Shown one piece after another: positions 37,464 through 46,424 of a DNA stretch of 64,000 bases. A program made the translations under genes and the position numbers. The notes under the pieces were generated by a model, which was not told the origin of the DNA, searched no databases, and saw only the letters and a list, made by a program, of their open reading frames with translations. The first letter of the stretch is position 1, and each line of letters starts with the position of its first letter. This DNA comes from an uncultured Gammaproteobacteria bacterium. GTDB taxonomy: Bacteria > Pseudomonadota > Gammaproteobacteria > Steroidobacterales > Rariloculaceae. The stretch is taken from positions 657-64,656 of the forward strand of contig CAYLKA010000002.1 of the NCBI GenBank assembly GCA_964384125.1. Reading direction: 5' to 3'.

Positions 37464-38320
37464 GTGCCACTGATCTAACAACGCTGAAGAGTGTCAAGCG
37501 CCTGGAGATAGAGCGGATCGGTGAGGGTGCGGGGACATTGGAAGATGTAGTCGCAACGGAGGAACCGCTCGAGATCCGTTTGGCCTACTCGCGTCCCGAC
37601 GGCCGGCGTGCGGAGCAAAGCATCTCTGTGACCATGCGCACGCCCGGTCACGACGGAGAGCTTGCCGCGGGCTTTCTTTACACCGAGGGCATCATCAGGA
37701 GCAAGGAGGATGTCGAGTCGGTTGCCCCCTGTGGGCCACCGGCGCCGAGCGGGTTGATCAATGTGGTTCGTGTCGAGCTGGCGGCCAACGTGGATGTAGC
37801 ACTTGACCGTTTAGAGCGTCATTTTTACACCTCATCCAGTTGTGGGGTCTGTGGTAAATCATCATTAGATGCTGTCGCAGTCCAAGGCCACTATGATCTA
37901 GAAGACGTTGAATTTCAGGTGAGCGGCGAGCAGCTCGGCGCGCTGCCGGACGCACTTCGTGCACGGCAGACGGTTTTCGAACGGACCGGTGGACTTCATG
38001 CCTCGGGCCTCTTTGACGTTGCCGGTCAAATCGTTGCCGTTCGCGAAGATGTCGGGCGACACAACGCATTGGACAAACTGATTGGCCAGGCTCTTCTCGC
38101 GGACGAGCTCCCGCTCAGTGCCAGCGGAATTGTCGTCAGTGGCCGTGCAAGTTTCGAGTTGATGCAGAAGGCGATGATGGCCGGTGTACCGTTGCTCGCC
38201 GCAGTTGGTGCTCCGTCATCTCTGGCCGTAGAGCTTGCCGAGGAGTTCGGAATGACACTCATCGGGTTCCTAAAGAGGAATAAGCTCAACGTCTATGCGC
38301 GTCCCGACCGCGTTCAGTAG
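37460..38320 (+). CDS. fdhD: Formate dehydrogenase accessory sulfurtransferase FdhD (FdsC equivalent)
   Basis: EEPLEIRL, TPGHDGELAAGFLYTEGI, SSCGVCGK, GGLHA, DVGRHNALDKLIG. Confidence 0.9.
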   Translation: MSATDLTTLKSVKRLEIERIGEGAGTLEDVVATEEPLEIRLAYSRPDGRRAEQSISVTMRTPGHDGELAAGFLYTEGIIRSKEDVESVAPCGPPAPSGLINVVRVELAANVDVALDRLERHFYTSSSCGVCGKSSLDAVAVQGHYDLEDVEFQVSGEQLGALPDALRARQTVFERTGGLHASGLFDVAGQIVAVREDVGRHNALDKLIGQALLADELPLSASGIVVSGRASFELMQKAMMAGVPLLAAVGAPSSLAVELAEEFGMTLIGFLKRNKLNVYARPDRVQ

Positions 38321-38378
38321 CTACTGATCCAATAGAGAGACCATTGACCCCAGTGGATGCCAGGAGTAGAAGTCCTGC

Positions 38379-39644
38379 ATGACTTGGAAGAGGTCTAAGT
38401 TCGGAGAGCGTTTCGCGCGCCTAACCGGCGCCGGCGAGCTGATGGAGGACCTGGGGCTGGCTACGGCGGGTGAGCACGATGCTTTTCTCCTTGGTGGTGG
38501 TAATCCCGGGAAGATTCCGGCAATGCAGTCACTGTTCAGGCGGCGCCTGGTCGAGATTGCTGCAAGTGACTCTGATACGGATCAGATGCTCGGCAAATAT
38601 CCTCATCCAAAAGGCGATATTGCCTTTCGGACAGCGTTAGCTGGTTTGTTGAGCCGGGAATACGATTGGCCGCTATCGGCGGACAACATCGCACTGACCG
38701 GTGGGAGTCAATCCGGTTTCTTCCTTCTCTTCAATATGCTGGCGGGGGAGTTTTCCGACGGCACCTTTAAACGAATACTCCTGCCAGTCACCCCCGAGTA
38801 TGTCGGTTACACGGACGTTGGCCTCGACGAGAAGCTGTTTGTCTCTCAAAGGCCGGAGATAGAGGACCGACCTGATGGGTTTTTCAAGTACCACGTGAAT
38901 TTCGATACCCTTGATATTGTCGAGGACGTGGCCGCTATCTGCGTATCCCGACCGACGAATCCCACCGGTAACGTGATCGGCGACGAAGAGCTGCTCCAAC
39001 TCGATGGTATGGCCAGACGGGCGGGTGTTCCCTTCATCATTGATAACGCCTATGGCTTGCCTTTCCCGAGGATCGTTTTTACTGAAGCCACTCCCTTCTG
39101 GAACGAGAATGTAGTCCTCTGCATGAGTCTTTCGAAACTCGGGTTACCGGGCATCCGTACCGGCATCATCATTGCTCACGAGGAAATTGTCGAAGCGCTT
39201 TCGCATATGACAGCAGTGCAGAACCTCGCGGTCGCAAGCGCCGGTGCGGTGTTGCTTCAGCCATGGCTGGAGAATGGCGAGATCATCGACATCAGTCGCC
39301 GCTTCATTACTCCCTTCTACGAAGAGAAGGCAAAGGCGGCGTGTAAGGTTTTAAAAAGTGAACTGGAGGGCATTTCCTACAAGATTCACGTTCCCGAAGG
39401 CGCGTTCTTTCTCTGGTTGTGGCTTCCTGGGTTACCTATCACGAGTCATGAGCTATATCAGCGCCTGAAGACCAAGGGCGTGTTCGTTATGTCGGGGCAC
39501 CACTTTTTTCCGGGGCTGAAGGAGCCATGGCGACATCGGGATGAGTGTCTGCGCTTATCCTATTCCCAGGACGAGGAGGTTGTTCAGGCGGGCATGCGGA
39601 TCATTGGTAAAGAGGTCAGGGAGCTTTATTCTCTGGCGGGGTGA
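38379..39644 (+). CDS. avtA: Valine-pyruvate aminotransferase
   Basis: Collinear with E. coli AvtA along the whole length (FGERFARLTGAGELMEDL, LGGGNPGKIPAMQ, ICVSRPTNPTGNVIGDEELL, VLCMSLSKLGLPG.RTGIIIA, GAFFLWLW.PGLPIT). Confidence 0.9.
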   Translation: MTWKRSKFGERFARLTGAGELMEDLGLATAGEHDAFLLGGGNPGKIPAMQSLFRRRLVEIAASDSDTDQMLGKYPHPKGDIAFRTALAGLLSREYDWPLSADNIALTGGSQSGFFLLFNMLAGEFSDGTFKRILLPVTPEYVGYTDVGLDEKLFVSQRPEIEDRPDGFFKYHVNFDTLDIVEDVAAICVSRPTNPTGNVIGDEELLQLDGMARRAGVPFIIDNAYGLPFPRIVFTEATPFWNENVVLCMSLSKLGLPGIRTGIIIAHEEIVEALSHMTAVQNLAVASAGAVLLQPWLENGEIIDISRRFITPFYEEKAKAACKVLKSELEGISYKIHVPEGAFFLWLWLPGLPITSHELYQRLKTKGVFVMSGHHFFPGLKEPWRHRDECLRLSYSQDEEVVQAGMRIIGKEVRELYSLAG

Positions 39645-39649
39645 GTTGG

Positions 39650-40597
39650 CTAATTTTTTAGCGCTGCGACCAGCTCCGGGACGGCAGTGAAAAGATCCGC
39701 TGCTAAACCGAAGTCGGCAATCTCGAAGATCGGAGCTTCTTCGTCCTTGTTTATCGCGACGATCGTCCCGGCATCCTTGATACCCGTCAAGTGTTGAATT
39801 GCACCGGAGATGCCTACGGCAATGTAGAGTTCCGGTGCAATGATTTTTCCGGTCTGACCCACTTGGAGGTCGTTTCCGACGTAACCTGAGTCCACCGCAG
39901 CCCGGGAGGCTCCCACCGCCGCACCAATCGTGTCTGCGAGCTCGTAGATGAGCTCAAAGTTCTCTTTGCTGCCCACTGCTCGACCGCCGGACACCACCCG
40001 AGTGGCGGTCTGTAAGTCGGGTCGAGCACCTCCAGTGTCCCCGCGAAGCTCTACGAAACGTGTGTGCTTCGGTATATCCGCGGTGACCGGCCTCGACTCG
40101 ATCTCAGCACTGCCCGTCGGCTCGGCGGCGGTGTAAGACGCGGTCCTGACAGTTGCGACCAGAACCCGATTCTCCGGTGTTTGGACGGTGACAATTGCGT
40201 TGCCCGCGTAAATGGGCCGCTTGAACCTGAATGCGTTTTCCGCTTCCATGACATCGCTTAACTGTCCGACACCGAGGAGTGCAGCAACACGCGGCATCAA
40301 ATCCTTCCCAAAGGTGGTGGATGGTCCAAAGATGTGGGTGTAATCGACTGCGAGCTGGGCGACCTGAGGAGATAGCACGGCGGCTAGGGCAGAGTCGTTT
40401 GCGGGGTGGTTGACCCTGATGACAGTCGTGACACCTGCAAGTTTCGCTGCTTCATTAGCGACCTGTTCTCCATCATCGGCCAGTACGACGATATCGATAG
40501 TCTCGGCGCTGAAGCTTCGTGCGCATGTTACGCACTTCGCAGTGCTAGGGTTCATGGAAACCCCGTCGTGCTCCGCCACGATCAGTACGCGCGCCAT
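39650..40597 (-). CDS. etfA: Electron transfer flavoprotein alpha subunit
   Basis: MARVLIVAEHDG..., and the C-terminal FAD-binding block VGQTGKIIAPELYIAVGISGAIQHLTGIKDAGTIVAINKDEEAPIF. Its ATG overlaps the etfB stop by 1 nt. Confidence 0.9.
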   Translation of the reverse strand: MARVLIVAEHDGVSMNPSTAKCVTCARSFSAETIDIVVLADDGEQVANEAAKLAGVTTVIRVNHPANDSALAAVLSPQVAQLAVDYTHIFGPSTTFGKDLMPRVAALLGVGQLSDVMEAENAFRFKRPIYAGNAIVTVQTPENRVLVATVRTASYTAAEPTGSAEIESRPVTADIPKHTRFVELRGDTGGARPDLQTATRVVSGGRAVGSKENFELIYELADTIGAAVGASRAAVDSGYVGNDLQVGQTGKIIAPELYIAVGISGAIQHLTGIKDAGTIVAINKDEEAPIFEIADFGLAADLFTAVPELVAALKN

Positions 40598-41355
40598 CAG
40601 ATCAGCTCCTTGTTGCTGAGTACCTGCACGAGTTCCGTCACGTCGTTAACCATGATGCCCCTCGAGCGCTTTGCGGGAGGCTCGGTCGCTACCACGTCAA
40701 AATGTGCTGTGGTATCAACGCCTAGCTCTGCTAGCGGTAAAACGTTGAGTGTTTTCTTTTTGGCCTTCATGATTTCGGGCAGTTTGACGTATCGCGGCTC
40801 GTTCAGACGCAAATCGCTTGTTATGACGGCCGGCAGATCAACCTCGATAACTTCAAGGCCGGCATCCACTTCCCGAACGGCCGTCGCTGCACCGGCATCG
40901 AGCGTCAGCTCGGAGACGAACGTCGCTTGTGGTCGTTCCCAGAGCGCGGCGAGCATTTGTCCGGTCTGATTGTTGTCATCGTCGATGGCCTGTTTCCCCA
41001 TCATCACGAGTTCCGGTTTTTCGCGTTCTATGAGGGCTCGGAGCGTTCTCGCAATCGCGAGCGGTTCAAGGTCCGTCGTCGTTTCCACCAGAATCGCGCG
41101 ATCGGCCCCCATGGCCAATCCCGATCGAAGTTGTTGCTGGCTCTCCTGGCCACCAATTGAAACGACGATGACTTCCTCGGCTTGACCGCGTTCCTTGATC
41201 CTGAGGGCCTCCTCAAGGGCGATCTCGTCGAAGGGATTGATACTCATCTTGACGCCGTCGAGTGCAATACCCGAGCCATCCGGTTTTACGCGCACGCGGA
41301 CGTTGTAATCGACGACACGTTTCAAAGACACCAGAATTTTTTTCACGTTGATCAT
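40597..41355 (-). CDS. etfB: Electron transfer flavoprotein beta subunit
   Basis: KILVSLKRVVDYNVRVRVKPDGSG, MMGKQAIDDDNNQTGQMLAAL, DLRLNEPRYVKLPEIMKAKKK. Start trimmed to ATG 41355 (or GTG 41346), since the ORF-track start at 41472 adds 39 unrelated residues. Confidence 0.9.
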   Translation of the reverse strand: MINVKKILVSLKRVVDYNVRVRVKPDGSGIALDGVKMSINPFDEIALEEALRIKERGQAEEVIVVSIGGQESQQQLRSGLAMGADRAILVETTTDLEPLAIARTLRALIEREKPELVMMGKQAIDDDNNQTGQMLAALWERPQATFVSELTLDAGAATAVREVDAGLEVIEVDLPAVITSDLRLNEPRYVKLPEIMKAKKKTLNVLPLAELGVDTTAHFDVVATEPPAKRSRGIMVNDVTELVQVLSNKELI

Positions 41356-41694
41356 GTTAGGACGAAAGTGATGGTTCCAGTCACGGGGGGGGTATTGTTG
41401 ACGATGTGACGACATTCTGAAAGTCATAGGTTGTGGCTCGGTTTTGCAGCGTATTCCCCTATCTCCGGCCAAATCCGGTGTATTTCCGGCTGTGTTTGGT
41501 ATCCCCGGGCAAACGAGTGTTGGAATTTGACGTCAGAATCGGAACACATGAAACGCAAATAAAGCCACGTTTGCTCATGGGTGCGGTATAAGCGCTCCAA
41601 TGGTCTTTGATAGAGCGGTAGGATTGGACGGGCGAGGGGACTTTGGCTCTAATGCTTGGTAGAGAGTTTTGAATAACTGTAGGCGGGCGTCCGA

Positions 41695-43344
41695 ATGTCA
41701 CGAGAAACAATGGAGTATGACGTGGTGGTCGTCGGGGGTGGCCCCGCTGGGCTTTCTGCCGCAATTCGACTACGGCAGCTAGCGGCTGCGACCGACCGGG
41801 ATATCAGCGTTTGCTTGCTGGAAAAGGGTTCTGAGGTCGGTGCCCATACGCTATCTGGTGCGGTTATCGAGACCCGGGCCCTGGACGAATTGCTGCCGGA
41901 ATGGCGGGAAATGGGAGCGCCCGTAAATACGGCTGTTACAGCAGATGAGTTTTATTTTCTTGCTGGGCCGAGAACCTCGATCCGAGTGCCTCGGATCTTC
42001 GTACCGGCCACCATGCACAATCGAGGTCATTACGTTGTCAGCCTCGGTAACGTCTGTCGTTGGTTGGGCGAGCAGGCGGAAGGGCTCGGAGTGGATATTT
42101 TTCCCGGATTCGCGGCGTCTCAGCTGTTGCTGGACGATGACGGTACGGTAAGAGGTGTGACCACCGGTGAGATGGGGTTGGACGCTGCCGGAAATCCCAA
42201 GGAATCTTATGAGGCGGGTATCGACCTCTTTGCTAGACACACCGTATTCGCAGAAGGCTCCAGGGGACATCTCGGGCGGCAACTGATCGAGCGATTCAAA
42301 CTGGATGGGGGTACAGACCCGCAGCACTACGCGTTGGGGCTCAAAGAGCTTTGGGAGATCCCCCCCAGCCAACATGAAGTTGGCAAGGTTGTCCATGGTG
42401 CTGGGTGGCCATTGACGAAAGGAGTGAGCGGCGGTTTTTTCTTGTACCACGCGGAGGATTCCAAGGTTGTCGTGGGGCTGATCGTTGACCTGAACTATAC
42501 GAATCCATACCTCAGTCCTTATGGGGAGTTTCAGCGGTTGAAACTTCATCCCTTGATTCGGAGAGTCTTGGAAGGTGGCTCGCGGATAGCCTATGGCGCA
42601 CGGTCCATAACGAAGGGCGGGGAGAATTCGCTACCCAGACAGACTGTGCGAGGGGGGGTGATCGTTGGATGTAATGCAGGCACTTTGAACTTCGCAAAAA
42701 TCAAAGGAACCCATACCGCAATGATGTCGGGCATGATTGCGGCCGAGTCCATTTTCGAGTCGTTCGAGTCCGATGTGGATGCAGGTGTCGAGCTGACGGG
42801 TCTCCCACGTCGACTGCGTCGATCGTGGCTCCAAGATGAGTTGCATTCGGCTCGCAACTTCGGGCCGGCGCTGCATAAATTTGGGGTGCTTGGTGGAGCA
42901 TTTTTTAACTTTATGGAGCAGTCGGTCTTCCGAGGCCGGACTCCTTTCACACTGCATGATCAACGGGAGGATAATGAGACCTTACTTCCTGCCGCTCAGT
43001 CTGAGCCGATTAAATACCCGAGACCCGATGGGGTTGTCACGTTCGACCAGCTTTCATCGGTCTATTTGTCGAATACAAATCACATTGATGATCAGCCGTG
43101 CCATCTGACCTTGAAGCAAGAAGCGACCCCTATCGAGAGAAACTACGTCGACTTTGCAGGTCCAGAATCGCGTTATTGTCCGGCCAGCGTCTACGAATTT
43201 GTTACGGCTGGCGAAACGGTACGACTACAGATCAATGCGCAGAACTGCGTCCACTGCAAGACCTGCGATATAAAGGACCCTGATCAGAATATCGTATGGG
43301 TTCCTCCCGAAGGGGCGGGCGGCCCGAACTACCAGGGCATGTAG
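41695..43344 (+). CDS. Electron transfer flavoprotein-ubiquinone oxidoreductase
   Basis: YDVVVVGGGPAGLSAAIRL, and the C-terminal 4Fe-4S region YCPASVYEF .... INAQNCVHCKTCDIKDP.QNI.W..PEGGGGPNY. Confidence 0.9.
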   Translation: MSRETMEYDVVVVGGGPAGLSAAIRLRQLAAATDRDISVCLLEKGSEVGAHTLSGAVIETRALDELLPEWREMGAPVNTAVTADEFYFLAGPRTSIRVPRIFVPATMHNRGHYVVSLGNVCRWLGEQAEGLGVDIFPGFAASQLLLDDDGTVRGVTTGEMGLDAAGNPKESYEAGIDLFARHTVFAEGSRGHLGRQLIERFKLDGGTDPQHYALGLKELWEIPPSQHEVGKVVHGAGWPLTKGVSGGFFLYHAEDSKVVVGLIVDLNYTNPYLSPYGEFQRLKLHPLIRRVLEGGSRIAYGARSITKGGENSLPRQTVRGGVIVGCNAGTLNFAKIKGTHTAMMSGMIAAESIFESFESDVDAGVELTGLPRRLRRSWLQDELHSARNFGPALHKFGVLGGAFFNFMEQSVFRGRTPFTLHDQREDNETLLPAAQSEPIKYPRPDGVVTFDQLSSVYLSNTNHIDDQPCHLTLKQEATPIERNYVDFAGPESRYCPASVYEFVTAGETVRLQINAQNCVHCKTCDIKDPDQNIVWVPPEGAGGPNYQGM

Positions 43345-43428
43345 GTATCGTCGGGCGTGCGTGCCATATTTTCCTTGCGCTTCAATGGCTTCCCTGCAGT
43401 GGCGCGGGAGATACCCCTGGCAAAGCAA

Positions 43429-43458
43429 CGGGACACCGTGCGGAGATGCGGTGTCCCG
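43429..43458. terminator. GC-rich hairpin between convergent genes (possible bidirectional terminator)
   Basis: CGGGACACCG (43429-43438), a 10-nt loop, then CGGTGTCCCG (43449-43458): a perfect 10-bp stem. No clean U-tract follows directly on either strand, so function is uncertain. Confidence 0.35.
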
Positions 43459-43485
43459 GTTGTAGGATTGGTGCTGTTTTCTCGC

Positions 43486-44766
43486 TTACCAGCCGGCTAA
43501 GACGGGTTTGCTGATCAGGTAATCCGAGTTAGCTCCTTGCCTCGGTACGAACTTCTGCACGCCACACTTGTTGTCGACCTGTGCGAGGTAGACGTTACCT
43601 TCCTCGTCGACGCTCATGCCGTGCACGCCGGCGATACCGCCAGGGAAGTCGCCAAAGACACCCCAGGAGTAGAGGAAATTACCATCTAGATCATATTTCA
43701 AGATCTTGTGTGAGTTACGGTCAGCAGCCCATAGATACCCATCTTCAGTGATGATGAACATGTGAACGTTTCCACGCTCACCGACGCTCCACTCATACAG
43801 GTATTCACCATCCTCATCAAAGACTTGTATGCGCCGGTTTTCTCGATCGTTGACGAAAACTCGGTTCGTGGCTGGATCGACCGCAATGCCGTGCACGTTA
43901 TTCCAGTAGTAGGGGCGGGTTTCGTTGCCGTCGTTGCCTTCTTCGCCCCAGGAAGTCACATAGTTGCCGTCCGAATCGAATTTTACGGCTCGGGTACCGT
44001 TGTAGCCGTCGGAAACCACGAAGCTCGAGTCCGGAAACCAGGCCATAAACGTCGGGCGGTTAAAATGCGTCTCATCCGCGCCGAGTTCCCCGTATGTCCC
44101 GATCGTCTGTACCAGTGTGGTTCCGTCATTCGTGAACTTGTGAATGACATGCTTGTGGTCGTCAATTATCCAGACGTGTCGCTCGGGATCGTAGGGGTTG
44201 ATGCCCACCCAGTGAGGCCGTTGGAGCATAGAGTCCCATTGGTCCCAGGTTTCGATCGCGTTGCCTTCACGGTCAAAAACAATGACGCAGTACTGCCATT
44301 TAGAGTCAATGCCGAGGCGGCCGCCGCCGGCTATCCAGCCAGTCACACCTTCCTCGGCCAATCCACCGGTCCCACCGCTGCCTGGCAGGCTCGACCTGGT
44401 AGCATTGCGCCAGATTCCTGACTGGGGAAAGGTCACACTGGGGGCGACTTCCGGCATTCGACGCGGCGTTGGTGCATCGATCTTCGGCAGTAGCCCGCGC
44501 TGCAGATAGAAGACCCTATCGGCGCTTTCGGCGAACACGCTCTGCCCAGCACCGTAGGTCCAGTTCTCCGCTCCGGGTAGGCTCGAGATATCTTTCGGCC
44601 AGTCCGCGTCGACGTCGTAGGCGCCGAACATGTCTTGTCCGCCCGTTTGTCCTTGAACTGCTGCGTAACTGCGGGCGGCCTGATCTTGGGCCGACGCACT
44701 GCTGAGCAGGCCCGCCACTGCGATCAGGATGGCGCTCGTGCCGAGCGTGACTATCTGTCGAAACAT
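43486..44766 (-). CDS. Secreted NHL-repeat / six-bladed beta-propeller protein
   Basis: Signal peptide MFRQIVTLGTSAILIAVAGLLSSASA. Repeated hydrophobic-x-V-x-D-x-x-N/H-R/K-I/V blocks (VWIIDDHKHVIHKF, VFVNDRENRRIQVF, LWAADRNSHKILKY, VYLAQVDN) are typical of NHL blades. Start trimmed to ATG 44766. Confidence 0.7.
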   Translation of the reverse strand: MFRQIVTLGTSAILIAVAGLLSSASAQDQAARSYAAVQGQTGGQDMFGAYDVDADWPKDISSLPGAENWTYGAGQSVFAESADRVFYLQRGLLPKIDAPTPRRMPEVAPSVTFPQSGIWRNATRSSLPGSGGTGGLAEEGVTGWIAGGGRLGIDSKWQYCVIVFDREGNAIETWDQWDSMLQRPHWVGINPYDPERHVWIIDDHKHVIHKFTNDGTTLVQTIGTYGELGADETHFNRPTFMAWFPDSSFVVSDGYNGTRAVKFDSDGNYVTSWGEEGNDGNETRPYYWNNVHGIAVDPATNRVFVNDRENRRIQVFDEDGEYLYEWSVGERGNVHMFIITEDGYLWAADRNSHKILKYDLDGNFLYSWGVFGDFPGGIAGVHGMSVDEEGNVYLAQVDNKCGVQKFVPRQGANSDYLISKPVLAGW

Positions 44767-44873
44767 ATCGCTCTCCAGGTCAGTTCTAGTTTTATTGGCG
44801 AAAGGACGAGCGAACAGTGAGTTGTCCTCCATCCTTAGTCTGCTTGGGTATTTTGCGCCAAAAAGCGCTGTTC

Positions 44874-46202
44874 TCAAAGCCCCGATTGGCTGCGTGTTCC
44901 CCCGGCTGTCGGGGCTTGCCCCTTCCCTGCTGAAGCCAGGGCCCACCCGCGATAGATCCCGATATTAATCGGTACGTTGTGTACCCTCAGGATGTCCACT
45001 CCCTGTTGGCAGAGGTTGAGGGAGAGGCCCGCCGTCGCCAGATCCCTGGCGGTCATTTCGTCGCCCACGACATCCCCGAGGAAAGATTTCCTTGAATGAC
45101 CAATGAGCACACGCAGCCCGTGGCGTCGAAACTCACCCGCTCGACTCAAGAGCTCTCGGTTTTGTTGGACCGTCTTGCCGAATCCTATACCAGGATCGAA
45201 GATGATCCGATTGAGGTTCAGGCCTGCTTTTTCCCACCGCTCTAGGCGTGCCAGTAGCCATTGCTCCAATGCAGCGTAAGGATCGACGTCTTGCGCGAGT
45301 GTGATTTTGGGATCGACGGGCAAGGAGAGCTGGTGCATGGCCACGAAGTCGACTCCACTTTCGCCGGCGAGCTCGATCATCTCCTCTGAGCTCAGGCCAC
45401 CAACGTCGTTGACCATATCAACACCGAGGCGCAACGCCTTTCGGGCCGTGGTGGTTCGGTAGGTGTCGATACTGATCAGTGGGCCGAAGGGTTGGCGATC
45501 ACGAGTTTCTATGAGCCGCTCTAATATGGGGGCAACGCGAGCCCACTCCGTCTCGGCCGTCACTGGGTTCCCTCCGGGGCGAGTGGACTCTCCGCCGACG
45601 TCGATGATGTGTGCACCTGCGTTTATCATCCCCATAGCATGAGGCTCGAGGTGTTTCCAATCGAGGAGCTGACCACCATCTGAGAAAGAGTCCGGTGTCA
45701 CATTTAAAATGCCCATCCAGAGTGGAATGTGAGTGGGTAATTTGCGAGACCAATCCAGTAAGCTTGCTCTAGCGGTGCCCGGGACGATGAGCCGGGGCTC
45801 AAGCGCGATCAGTGGCGCCAGTACAAAGTCACGTTCCCGGAGGCGGGCGTGAGGTACGGTAAGCGTCTTCGTAGTTAATTCCGCCTCACCCCACAGCAAA
45901 ATATCGATATCGATAGGACGGGGTGCCCAATGTAGGTTGTCGACGCGTCCTAAGCCCTGCTCTATTTCTCCTATCCAACTCCGCACGGTCTCCGGGGCGG
46001 CCTCCGTCTCGCATTCCGCAGCCAGATTCAAGAAGGGTTGATCCCACTCGGCAGGGCAGTTTTCCGGCAGCTGTGCGGCAGATTCGATCACAGGTGAGAC
46101 ACGTGTCACCCTGAGTTCTTTAGTCTCGAGCTGCGTCAGCGCCCGAGACAGGTTCGAGCGACGGTCACCCAGATTCGACCCGAGTCCGAGATAGATACCC
46201 AT
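44874..46202 (-). CDS. Bifunctional HPPK / dihydropteroate synthase (FolK-FolP fusion)
   Basis: The N-terminal roughly 160 aa are HPPK (IYLGLGSNLGDR, RPIDIDILLW, VPHARLRERDFVLAPL). The remainder is DHPS (MGILNVTPDSFSDGG, IIDVGGESTRPG, SIDTY, MVNDV, DPGIGFGK, SRKSF, RVHNV). Confidence 0.85.
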   Translation of the reverse strand: MGIYLGLGSNLGDRRSNLSRALTQLETKELRVTRVSPVIESAAQLPENCPAEWDQPFLNLAAECETEAAPETVRSWIGEIEQGLGRVDNLHWAPRPIDIDILLWGEAELTTKTLTVPHARLRERDFVLAPLIALEPRLIVPGTARASLLDWSRKLPTHIPLWMGILNVTPDSFSDGGQLLDWKHLEPHAMGMINAGAHIIDVGGESTRPGGNPVTAETEWARVAPILERLIETRDRQPFGPLISIDTYRTTTARKALRLGVDMVNDVGGLSSEEMIELAGESGVDFVAMHQLSLPVDPKITLAQDVDPYAALEQWLLARLERWEKAGLNLNRIIFDPGIGFGKTVQQNRELLSRAGEFRRHGLRVLIGHSRKSFLGDVVGDEMTARDLATAGLSLNLCQQGVDILRVHNVPINIGIYRGWALASAGKGQAPTAGGTRSQSGL

Positions 46203-46424
46203 GTGGATAGCTTACAGTGCTCGGACCAAGAACAATGCCACTTAGAGGAATTCACGCACAAACATCCCATTCGACCGGAAGTTTTCATCCTTATCTAACG
46301 AGAGGGCTCATAGGGCGCCCTTAGTGTTCGGGGAAGCGTTTGCTTTAACGTGTTCGAACACTCCCCTAGGCAAGTCTTTAAGCTGCGGTGCTAGGGCTTC
46401 CTTTTTTTGCGTCCGGTTGCTGAT

